Shown here: in pieces, positions 32,002 to 40,255 of the stretch
Layout: each line of letters begins with the position of its first letter
How positions within the stretch are numbered: position 1 is the first letter of the stretch
Assembly: GCA_023700825.1 (NCBI GenBank)
Contig: JAMPYE010000002.1
Location: 1-42,267 of the forward strand
Direction: 5' to 3'
Origin: Thermoanaerobaculia bacterium
GTDB taxonomy: Bacteria > Acidobacteriota > Thermoanaerobaculia > Gp7-AA8
Length of the DNA stretch: 42,267 nt
Made by a program: the position numbers and the translations under genes
Notes under the pieces: model-generated
The model's input: the letters and a program-made list of their open reading frames with translations, nothing else
What the model was told of the DNA's origin: nothing
Databases searched by the model: none

Positions 32002-32933
32002 GACGAGGCGTCCCGGGGCGTGCCGTTCGCGTACGGGGCGAGCGCCGCGTAGAGCGTCCGATGGATCGGTGTGAGAACACCGGCGCGCTCGCCGCGGCGC
32101 ACGACGGCGCCGCTGAGCCACTCGAGCTCGAGCCGTCCGCCTCGCAGAAGGTCGTTGGCCATCGAGGCGCGGCCCGACGGCGGAAGCGAGTCGACGAAGC
32201 GGAGCTGCGCATCGACGAAGTCGTCGCCGATGGCGACTCCCTCGGCGCGCGCGACGAGGACGACCTCGGCGATCGCCTCGCGAAGCATCGCCCGCGTCGC
32301 GGGGTTGGTGCGGACCGCGCCCATCGGGAGGCGAGTCACGGCCGTGACCGCGGAGCTCGCCGAGAGGAAGGCGAACTTCTGCCAGATCTCCCGGCGGATG
32401 TCGGAGCTCGCCGACGCGTCGGTCCCGGCCTCGGCAAACGCGGTCGCGATGCGATTGGCGCGCGCCGAGCTGCCGCCCGCAAGCTCGCCGACGACGACGC
32501 GGTGAAGCGTTCCGGACTGCGAGATGACGCCGGGCTCGACGATCCTCGCGATGATGTAGGTCAGCGCGCCGACGAGATGCTGGTTGCCGACGATCGCGGC
32601 AATCACCTCGTCCTTCTCGACGCCGTTCTGAAGCGAGATGACGGTGGTGTCGGGGCCGACGAGCGGGACGATCGCGCGGGCGGCGTCGTCGGTGTCCCAC
32701 AGCTTCACGGCGATCACGACGAGGTCGGCCGAGCCGATCTGCCGCGGGTCCTCGACGACGCTCACGCGCTCGAGGCGCACGTCGCCGGCGTCGCTGCGAA
32801 CGAGGAGCCCGTGCTTGCCCATCGCCACGCCGTGCGCGCCGCGCGCGACGAAGTGGACGTCGTGCCCCGCCTTCGCGAGCCGTGCCCCGTAGTACCCGCC
32901 GACCCCACCCGAGCCCATGATCGCGATCCGCAT
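31998..32933 (-). CDS. panE: 2-dehydropantoate 2-reductase (ApbA/PanE family)
   Basis: ATG 32933 (MRIAIMGSGGVGGYYG Rossmann motif). Motifs IAVK, NGV and the C-terminal ApbA_C pattern SMANDLLRGGRLELEW. Confidence 0.8.
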   Translation of the reverse strand: MRIAIMGSGGVGGYYGARLAKAGHDVHFVARGAHGVAMGKHGLLVRSDAGDVRLERVSVVEDPRQIGSADLVVIAVKLWDTDDAARAIVPLVGPDTTVISLQNGVEKDEVIAAIVGNQHLVGALTYIIARIVEPGVISQSGTLHRVVVGELAGGSSARANRIATAFAEAGTDASASSDIRREIWQKFAFLSASSAVTAVTRLPMGAVRTNPATRAMLREAIAEVVLVARAEGVAIGDDFVDAQLRFVDSLPPSGRASMANDLLRGGRLELEWLSGAVVRRGERAGVLTPIHRTLYAALAPYANGTPRDASS

Positions 32934-33096
32934 GCCTTCGGTCCTCTCCCGCAACTGCGGCATCGTAGCTCGCGCGGCCCTCGGAGGGAACGGCTGCAGC
33001 TCCCGCGCCCGCGGGTCGGGTGACGCCGCCGTTCCACATCAGTCCTTGAAAGTCCCGGCCCGGTCGCGTACAACCCCGCATGTGACGACGGCCTCG

Positions 33097-33930
33097 ATGC
33101 CCGATTTTCGATCGGTACCGGTTCGGCGGAATGTCGGCGGCCGGCCGCTCGGCCTCGCCCAGGAGCTCCGCGATCTCGTCGCCCACCGGTTCCTCCTCCA
33201 TCAACTCGTCTGGCGGGATCTCACGGTGCGCTACCGGCGCTCCTATCTCGGGTTTCTATGGACGATGATGCATCCGCTTCTGATGATGCTCATCTTCGTG
33301 GTGGTCTTCTCGCGCGCGTTTCGATTCCCCACGCCGCACTACGAGACCTACTTTCTCTCCGAGTACATCGCCTGGATGTTCTTCTCGCAGACGACCGTGA
33401 ACGCGATGGTCAGCGTCGCGTGGAACGGGCCGTTGATGAAACGAGTCTTCGTTCCCAAGACGATCTTCCCGATCTCGTCGACGCTCGCCGGACTCGTGAA
33501 CTTCTCTCTGTCGCTCCTCGTGCTCGTGGTCATCATGGCGATCGTGGGCGCGCCGATTCACGCGGCGATCCTCTTCCTTCCCGTGAGCCTCGCGATCCTC
33601 GGGATTTTCACGCTCGGCGCCTCGCTCGCGCTGTGCGCGCTCGCGGTCTACTTCGTCGACGTGCGCGAGATGTACCAGGCGGCCCTCCCGGCGGTCTTCT
33701 ATCTCACGCCCGTGGTCTATCCGATCGACATCGTCCCGGAGATCTTCCGGCCGGTGATCAAGCTGAACCCGATGATCTATCTTCTCGAGATCGTGCGCGA
33801 CCCGATCTACTACGGCATTCTTCCCTCGCCGCTGACCCTGACGATCTCGATCGTGCTGTCGCTCGGCATGCTGACGATCGGATGGATCGTCTACCGACAC
33901 CTGGCGCCCCGGTTTCACAGCCAATTCTGA
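33097..33930 (+). CDS. ABC-2 type polysaccharide/O-antigen exporter permease (Wzm/TagG-like)
   Basis: Track ORF trimmed to ATG 33097 (alternative GTG 33082). Motifs LVWRDLTVRYRRSYLGFLWTMMHPLL and six TM helices; LNPM motif. Confidence 0.85.
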   Translation: MPDFRSVPVRRNVGGRPLGLAQELRDLVAHRFLLHQLVWRDLTVRYRRSYLGFLWTMMHPLLMMLIFVVVFSRAFRFPTPHYETYFLSEYIAWMFFSQTTVNAMVSVAWNGPLMKRVFVPKTIFPISSTLAGLVNFSLSLLVLVVIMAIVGAPIHAAILFLPVSLAILGIFTLGASLALCALAVYFVDVREMYQAALPAVFYLTPVVYPIDIVPEIFRPVIKLNPMIYLLEIVRDPIYYGILPSPLTLTISIVLSLGMLTIGWIVYRHLAPRFHSQF

Positions 33931-34667
33931 TGAACGTCATCGAGCTTCAACGCGTGAGCGTTCGCTATCGGACCCATGGGGCGAAGGGATTGAAAGAGTT
34001 CGTCATCCGCGGGCTTCGCGGTCAGCGGCAGCACGAGTGGTTCGCGAGCCTGAGCGAGATCGATCTCACGATCCGGGCCGGTGAGTCCGTCGGCATCATC
34101 GGCAACAACGGCGCGGGGAAATCGACGCTGCTTCGCGTCGCCGCGGGCATCATCCAGCCGTCGGAGGGAGTCGCGATCTCCCGCGGCGCGATCACGCCGT
34201 TGATCGAGCTCGGCACCGGGTTCGAAGGCGAGCTCACCGGCCACGAGAACATTTTTTTCAACGGCGCGCTGCTCGGGAAGACGCGCGGGGAGATCCTCTC
34301 CCGCATCGACGAGATCGTCAGCTTCGCCGCGCTCGACGGATTCATCGACGAGCCGCTGCGAACCTATTCGACCGGGATGGTGGCGAGGCTCGCCATCTCG
34401 ATCGCCACGGCCATCGACACGGAGACGGTCCTGCTCGACGAGATCCTCGCGGTCGGGGATGCCTCGTTCCGCGAGAAGTGCCACGCGCGGATGCGCAGCT
34501 TCATCGAGCGGGGACTGACGGTGGTGCTCGTGTCGCACGATGTCGACGTCATCGAGCAGCTCTGTGTCCGCGCGATCTGGCTCGAGCACGGACGGATCGT
34601 GGCAGATGGCCCGGCCCGCGAGGTGATCGCGCGATATCAGCGCGCGCGCGCGACGAGCCCGGTCTAG
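33930..34667 (+). CDS. ABC transporter ATP-binding protein (Wzt/TagH-like, no C-terminal carbohydrate-binding domain)
   Basis: ATG 33930 overlaps the permease TGA by 1 nt. Walker A GNNGAGKST, signature YSTGM, Walker B LLDE. 245 aa. Confidence 0.9.
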   Translation: MNVIELQRVSVRYRTHGAKGLKEFVIRGLRGQRQHEWFASLSEIDLTIRAGESVGIIGNNGAGKSTLLRVAAGIIQPSEGVAISRGAITPLIELGTGFEGELTGHENIFFNGALLGKTRGEILSRIDEIVSFAALDGFIDEPLRTYSTGMVARLAISIATAIDTETVLLDEILAVGDASFREKCHARMRSFIERGLTVVLVSHDVDVIEQLCVRAIWLEHGRIVADGPAREVIARYQRARATSPV

Positions 34668-35554
34668 AGAGGCTGCGACCTCAGCTGCCGGAGCGCGCTG
34701 CGGACTCTCGATCGCTCTGAGACGGTGGGTGAGAGGACGAGCCGGATCCACGCTCCGGTGCGGATCGCTCGCCGGAAGCTCTCCGCACGCCGCGGCCCGT
34801 GGCACCGGCTGGCCCAGAGACAAAGGTCGGACCAGAGAGCCGCCAGGTCGACGCCGTCCGCATTTGCAGCCTCCTGCCTGACGGTCGTGCCGCGTTCGTG
34901 TTCGACGGTGGCTTCTCTAACGAGTCCGACGATCCACCCTGCGCGCCTGGCGCGGAAGCAGAGCTCGAGATCCTGCGCATAGAACGCGTACGACTCTTCG
35001 AACAGGCCGACTTCGGCGAGCACCTCGCGCCGGATCGTCATCGCGGTCCCGGCCACCCAGTCGACTCTCGCCTGCACGCGGGCGCCGCCGCGGGCCCGGG
35101 CGATCCTCGAAGCGACACCGGAAGCGGCAACGAGGCACCAGGACGGAGTCGGCTCGGGACCGCCGCTCCATTCGTCGTTTCCCCGCGAATCGACGAGGCG
35201 CGCCCCCGCGATGCCCGACTTCGGATCGCCCGCGAACCACGCGACGATGGCGCGGAGCGACCCCGGTCGAAGGAGCGCATCGCTGTTCAGGCACATCACG
35301 AGCGGCGCCCGGGCCACCCGGAGGCCGCGGTTTGCTGTCCCCGCGAAGCGCATCCGGTTCGCGTTGCGAAGCAGCGTGACGCCCGGATGTTGCGACGAGA
35401 TGGCCTCGGCCGTGCCGTCGCTGCCCTCGTCGTCGACGACGATGATCTCGACATTCGCGGAGTCGCGCTCCGACTCGATCGACGCCAGCGTCCGCAGCGT
35501 GGACTCTCGCGTGTTGCGCGTCGGAATGACGATGCTGATCTCGGGCGCACCCAT
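34664..35554 (-). CDS. GT2 family glycosyltransferase
   Basis: ATG 35554 (MGAPEISIVIPTRN). Motifs VVDDEGSDGT and LNSDA. Its stop overlaps the stop of the convergent ABC ATPase gene. Confidence 0.85.
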   Translation of the reverse strand: MGAPEISIVIPTRNTRESTLRTLASIESERDSANVEIIVVDDEGSDGTAEAISSQHPGVTLLRNANRMRFAGTANRGLRVARAPLVMCLNSDALLRPGSLRAIVAWFAGDPKSGIAGARLVDSRGNDEWSGGPEPTPSWCLVAASGVASRIARARGGARVQARVDWVAGTAMTIRREVLAEVGLFEESYAFYAQDLELCFRARRAGWIVGLVREATVEHERGTTVRQEAANADGVDLAALWSDLCLWASRCHGPRRAESFRRAIRTGAWIRLVLSPTVSERSRVRSALRQLRSQPL

Positions 35555-35677
35555 GCGGGGAGAGATCTTATTGCAGCTGCCCGAAAATGACGGCACGCGG
35601 GTTCGCGATGCCGTACGCCCGCCGTGAGGGTGCGCTGCGGAGGTGTCGGGGATTAATATTCACCCCAGGGTCTCACC

Positions 35678-36775
35678 ATGCGATGGATCGTCGTGACGTG
35701 CGTTCTGCTCCTCGCCTGCGCCTCGGTTCGCGCGCAGTCGACTCCCTGCGAGTCCTTCGGAAGCTACCGCGAGTGCCGCATCGCCACGAACGGCCGCGCG
35801 CGGCTCGTGATGGAGCTCAGCAACCAGGCCTGCTTCGAAGACCTCACCTGGGGAGCTCGATCGAACGGCACGGTGTGGGTCGACCGCGGTTGCCGTGCGA
35901 AGTTCCGGGTCGACAGCATCTACAGCTCGACCGAGCTCGGGGGCGCGCGCATCGTCTGCGAATCGCTCGACGGCCGCCTCGAGGTCTGTCCCGCCGACGG
36001 CGGCCGCGGGGTCGAGCTCTCGCGGCAGCTCAGTCGCACAGCCTGCCTCGAGGGAAAGGACTGGGGCTACAGCGCCGAGCGCGCGCAGATATGGGTCGAT
36101 CACGGCTGCCGCGCGGAATTCGTTCTCGGCAGGTTGTTCGGGCCCGCGCTCCCCGTCGAGCCGCTCGAGAACACGCTGGTCTGCGAGTCCGCCGACGGGA
36201 AGCGACGCGCCTGTCCTGCCGACACGACGGCCGGCGTGCAAATCGTGCACGAGTTGGGAGACAAGCCGTGTGCCTTTGGGCGCGACTGGGGCTTCGAGAC
36301 CAAGAAGAACGAGATCTGGGTGGCGCGAGGGTGCCGCGCCGAGTTTGCCGTGCGCGGAAAGCCCGTGGTGAGCACCGTCGTCTGCGAATCGAAGAGCGGC
36401 GCGCGCAACCACTGTGCCGCCGGCACTGAGCCCGGCGTCGCGCTGGTGAAGGTGCTTGGGGAGGGTCGCTGCGTACTCGGCACGACCTGGGGTTTCGACG
36501 ACGAAGGCGTTTGGGTGAGCGACGGATGTCGCGCGCAGTTTGCCCTCGGCGGCTTCCGCCTGCCGGAGTCGGCCGTGCCGAAGTCGGCGACGAGGATCGT
36601 CTGCGAGTCGGAGCTCGGGAATCTCACGCAGTGCCCCACCGACACGGCGCGCGGCGTCGGGCTCGTGCGCCAGCTCGGCGAGAGCCCGTGTGTCCTGAAC
36701 CGGACGTGGGGCTACGGCGCCGAGGGGATCTGGGTGAGCGAGGGCTGTCGCGCGGAGTTCGCGGTCGCGCGGTGA
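35678..36775 (+). CDS. Secreted Cys-rich protein with five tandem DUF3011-type repeats
   Basis: Signal peptide MRWIVVTCVLLLACASVRA. There are five repeats of C-ES...C....V.L..Q/LS...C..G..WG.....IWV..GCRAEF (for example IVCESLDGRLEVCPADGGRGVELSRQLSRTACLEGKDWGYSAERAQIWVDHGCRAEF). Confidence 0.8.
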   Translation: MRWIVVTCVLLLACASVRAQSTPCESFGSYRECRIATNGRARLVMELSNQACFEDLTWGARSNGTVWVDRGCRAKFRVDSIYSSTELGGARIVCESLDGRLEVCPADGGRGVELSRQLSRTACLEGKDWGYSAERAQIWVDHGCRAEFVLGRLFGPALPVEPLENTLVCESADGKRRACPADTTAGVQIVHELGDKPCAFGRDWGFETKKNEIWVARGCRAEFAVRGKPVVSTVVCESKSGARNHCAAGTEPGVALVKVLGEGRCVLGTTWGFDDEGVWVSDGCRAQFALGGFRLPESAVPKSATRIVCESELGNLTQCPTDTARGVGLVRQLGESPCVLNRTWGYGAEGIWVSEGCRAEFAVAR

Positions 36776-36851
36776 GATGCGGTGAGATACTGACGGGCGC
36801 GCCGCACGATCCGACGGCGAGGCGACGGACGACCCGAGACGGAGACCGCTC

Positions 36852-37358
36852 ATGAACGGCGCTGACATCCTCGACCTCTATCGCTACAACGGCTGGGCGA
36901 ACGAGCGCATCACGTCCTCGGTGCTCACCCTTTCCCGTGAGGCCTTCACACGTCATCTCGGCGGAAGCTACCCGACGATCCGCGACGCCTTTTCGCACAT
37001 CGTCTCGGTCGAGTGGGTGTGGCTCGAGCGATGGGCTGGTACCAGCCCGACCGCGGCGCCGGTGTGGGCTGCGTCGACGGAGCCGGCGTTGCTCGCCGAG
37101 CATCTTCGTGACGTCGACGCGCGGCGGTACCAGTTTCTCGCGGGGCTGTCGGCGGATGCGCTCGACGCGCGCGTCTCTTTCGTCTACCTCAGCGGCGCGG
37201 CGGCGGCGCACCGGTTGCAGGATCTGCTCGTCCACGTGGCCAACCATTCGACCTACCACCGCGGGCAGGTCTCCTCGATGCTCCGCCAGGTCGGCACGGC
37301 TCCTCCCTCGACCGACTTCATCGTCTACAGGCGGGAGACGTCGACCGAAGGCGCCTAA
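36852..37358 (+). CDS. DinB family protein
   Basis: Motifs LYRYNGWAN, AFSHIVSVEWVW and HVANHSTYHRGQ (His triad pattern). Confidence 0.85.
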   Translation: MNGADILDLYRYNGWANERITSSVLTLSREAFTRHLGGSYPTIRDAFSHIVSVEWVWLERWAGTSPTAAPVWAASTEPALLAEHLRDVDARRYQFLAGLSADALDARVSFVYLSGAAAAHRLQDLLVHVANHSTYHRGQVSSMLRQVGTAPPSTDFIVYRRETSTEGA

Positions 37359-38383
37359 CCCTCGAGGGCGCGGCGCATCGACCCGAAGCGCTTTCTGTAC
37401 TGCGAGGGCGTGAGACTAACGTGCCGGCGGAAGAGGCGCGAGAAGAACCCCGCGTCCTCGTAGCCGACCTCGAATGCGATCTCCTCGACGGGGCGGTCGC
37501 CTCCCTCGAGCATCTGTTTCGCCTGTTCGAGGCGGAGCGTGTGCACGTACTCGAGCGGCGACATGCCGGTGGCCAGCTGGAAGCGGCGTTTGAAGGAGCG
37601 TTCCGGGAGCCCGCTGAGGCGCACCATCGCCGCGACCGGCGAAGGCTCGTGGTAGTGCTCGGCGATCCACGCCTGGCACTCTCTGACGACCGCATCGTCG
37701 TTCTGCCTCGCCCCTGCCAGGCGCGCGAACGGTTGCTGCCCGACCTCGTGCCAGTCGATCAGGTTGATCTTCGCGACCTGCATCGCGGCATCGACGCCGA
37801 CCGTCCGCGCGATGAGGTAGAGCGCGAGGTCGAGCCACGACGTCCCTCCTCCCGCCATGACGAGCCGTCCCCCTTCACCGGAAACGACGAGCGCGCGCTG
37901 GCGCTGCACGCTCACGGTCGGATAGCGCCGTGCAAGGATGTCGCAGTACGCCCAGTGCGTCGTGGCTGCGTGGCCGTCGAGCAGCCCGGCTTCGGCCAGC
38001 AGCATCGCTCCCGAGCATGCCGAGGCGAGCGTCGCCCCCCGCGCGTAGCGCTCGCGCAGGAAGCGCGTCTCCACCTCGAACATCCCCTCGAGCGGCGCGC
38101 CAGGCGGGATCGTGACCTCGGGCACGATGAGGATGTCGACCTCCGGGAGGTCGTCGATCGTCGTGTCAGGTTGGATGACCACCCCGTTGGCGGCCTCGAA
38201 CGAACCCGTTCGCTTCGCAACGATGAACGCCTTCACCAGGCTCGGCCCGGGTGTTCCATCGACGATCGATCCCCAGTCGCGCCCGGTCGACGCGAACAGG
38301 TCGTAGAGCCCGTAAACGACCGAGGCGGTCGTCTCTGGAAAGGCGAGGATCGCGATCGTGACGGGTCGATTTTCGACACTCAT
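37355..38383 (-). CDS. GlxA-family transcriptional regulator (DJ-1/PfpI-like domain plus AraC HTH)
   Basis: N-terminal motifs ILAFPE...ASACSGAMLLAEAGLLDG. C-terminal AraC HTH motifs SERSFKRRFQLATGMSPLEY and EIAFEVGYEDAGFFSRLFRR. Confidence 0.9.
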   Translation of the reverse strand: MSVENRPVTIAILAFPETTASVVYGLYDLFASTGRDWGSIVDGTPGPSLVKAFIVAKRTGSFEAANGVVIQPDTTIDDLPEVDILIVPEVTIPPGAPLEGMFEVETRFLRERYARGATLASACSGAMLLAEAGLLDGHAATTHWAYCDILARRYPTVSVQRQRALVVSGEGGRLVMAGGGTSWLDLALYLIARTVGVDAAMQVAKINLIDWHEVGQQPFARLAGARQNDDAVVRECQAWIAEHYHEPSPVAAMVRLSGLPERSFKRRFQLATGMSPLEYVHTLRLEQAKQMLEGGDRPVEEIAFEVGYEDAGFFSRLFRRHVSLTPSQYRKRFGSMRRALEG

Positions 38384-38481
38384 GGCCGATTCGTCCGGTT
38401 TCTTGCCGAAACGGCTTTAGTAACTCCGCCCCGGCGGTCCGACATTGCGGTTCGGAACATTGAACCCGAAGGAGGACCCCG

Positions 38482-39291
38482 ATGCCAACCCCGATTGAAG
38501 TACTGACCGACCCGATCTCGCTCGTGGTGCTGGCGATTTATGGCGCGCTGATCCTGTGGGAAGCCGTCGCGCCCGCACGCGAATTGCCAAGAGTGAAGGG
38601 ATGGAGGCTGCGAGGGATGATCTCCTTCGGAGTGTTCTTCTTTCTGTCGACCTACCTTCCGCTCCTCTGGGGCGGGCAACTCGCACGTCTTCAGTTGTTC
38701 GATCTGACGGGACTCGGAACGTGGGGTGGTGCGATCGCCGGGCTGTTCGTCTACGAGATGGGAGCCTGGGCCTATCACCGGGCGCTCCACGCCTCGGACT
38801 TCCTCTGGAGAACGGTCCACCAGATGCACCACAGCGCCGAGAGGCTCGACACGTACGGCGCGTTCTGGTTCGGCCCGCTCGACATGGTCGGCTGGACGGC
38901 AGTCGCGAGCGTGAGCCTGACTCTCGTCGTCGGCGTAACCCCGGAAGCCGCGACGCTCGTGCTATACGCGACGACCTTTCTCGGCGTCTTCCAGCACGCG
39001 AACATCAGGACGCCGAGGTGGCTCGGATACATCGTGCAGAGGCCGGAGAGTCACTCAGTGCACCACGGCCGAGGGATCCACAATGGCAACTTCGCAGATC
39101 TCCCGGTGTTCGACCTGATCTTCGGGACGATCGACAACCCGGTCGATTTCGCGCCGGCGACGGGCTTCTACGATGGCGCGTCGTCGCGAATCGGCGAGAT
39201 GCTCGTGTTTCGCGACGTGACGACACCGCCGCCGGCGAAGGGCGATGCGAAGGCGCCGGTGCGCGTGCTCGGGCGCGCGAACGCGGCGTGA
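38482..39291 (+). CDS. Fatty acid hydroxylase/sterol desaturase superfamily membrane protein
   Basis: His boxes HRALH, HQMHH and HSVHH. 4 TM helices. GAAGGAGGA RBS upstream of ATG 38482. Confidence 0.85.
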   Translation: MPTPIEVLTDPISLVVLAIYGALILWEAVAPARELPRVKGWRLRGMISFGVFFFLSTYLPLLWGGQLARLQLFDLTGLGTWGGAIAGLFVYEMGAWAYHRALHASDFLWRTVHQMHHSAERLDTYGAFWFGPLDMVGWTAVASVSLTLVVGVTPEAATLVLYATTFLGVFQHANIRTPRWLGYIVQRPESHSVHHGRGIHNGNFADLPVFDLIFGTIDNPVDFAPATGFYDGASSRIGEMLVFRDVTTPPPAKGDAKAPVRVLGRANAA

Positions 39292-39329
39292 TCCGCGTCC
39301 GATGCCAACTTCAGAATTCGCGCAGACGC

Positions 39330-39361
39330 GAAGAGGGGCACGGCATGCCGTGCCCCTCTTC
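39330..39361. terminator. Perfect 32-nt palindrome between convergent genes (candidate bidirectional terminator)
   Basis: GAAGAGGGGCACGGCATGCCGTGCCCCTCTTC equals its own reverse complement. It lies between the stop at 39291 (+) and the stop at 39386 (-). Confidence 0.6.
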
Positions 39362-39385
39362 ATTGCCGCAAGAAATCTACGAGCG

Positions 39386-39970
39386 TTACTTCGCGGGTGC
39401 CGGCGCCGGGACGGCCTCGAGCATCGTCGAGAGCTGCTCGGCCTTCGTCTTCACGTCGCCTGCCTTCGCGATCGCGCCGGTGATGTCTCCAGCGGTGAAC
39501 GCGTCCGAGGCGGCGGTCCAGCCCGCGGTCACGTCGGCGAGGGAGGTCTTGGCAGTCTCGACCATTGCAGCGTCGACTCCCTTGGGGAGCTTCTTCATCG
39601 CGGCGAGACCACCGATCTTCTCGGTGAGCGACTGAACCATGGCGGGAAGCGAGCCCTGCATGTCGGCCCACTGCTTCATCAGCTCTTCCTTCTTCGCGGC
39701 AGCGGCCTTCATCACCTCGTCGGCCTGCGCCGGGAGAGCCTGCGCCGCGGTGAGGGCGCCCTTGTAGTCCTTGGCGTCGAATTTCGCTCTCGCGTCGGCC
39801 GCAGCCGCCGTAAGGGCATTGAACTGCTCGGGCACGTACTTTTCGGCCTCGGGCTTCACGTTCGCGATTGCCTCGTCGGCAACCTTGAGAGCGGCTTCGG
39901 CCGGAGCTTTGCTGCAGCCTGCGGCGAGCAGCGCGAGAATCATCAGTCCAACAACGAACAGCTTGCGCAT
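39386..39970 (-). CDS. Ala/Lys-rich helical lipoprotein, function unknown
   Basis: Lipobox MRKLFVVGLMILALLAAGC. The remainder is predicted all-helical and low-complexity. Confidence 0.7.
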   Translation of the reverse strand: MRKLFVVGLMILALLAAGCSKAPAEAALKVADEAIANVKPEAEKYVPEQFNALTAAAADARAKFDAKDYKGALTAAQALPAQADEVMKAAAAKKEELMKQWADMQGSLPAMVQSLTEKIGGLAAMKKLPKGVDAAMVETAKTSLADVTAGWTAASDAFTAGDITGAIAKAGDVKTKAEQLSTMLEAVPAPAPAK

Positions 39971-40255
39971 CGATTACTCCTTTTTCCAGTGTTGAATTGT
40001 TCTGCGGGGGGCCGTTTCCGGCCCTTACAGGATCAGAATCCTACACGCCGGAAGCTTTGGGAGCGAGTGTTTGCGCGCACATCCGCCCGGTTGGTAAGAC
40101 CCGGACGCTCGCGGCCTACGCGCACCGTGATTCACCGAGCCCTGCCGCGCCGCCCGGGGCGAAGCGGCCAGTCGGCGACGCGAGGGACGTTTGACAGCGA
40201 TTCGCAGTGAGGACATGCTTTTCGGCGTCCCGCGAAGTTCCGAGAACCCGATCCG

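Noticed and set aside
5927-37358. Apparent recurrence of CCTAAC/GCCTAACG (about 9 plus-strand copies, several giving rare TTA-Leu codons in minus-strand genes)
   Set aside because: A rough composition-based expectation for this hexamer in 42 kb is about 6. The copies fall in different frames and contexts, so this is not distinguishable from chance.
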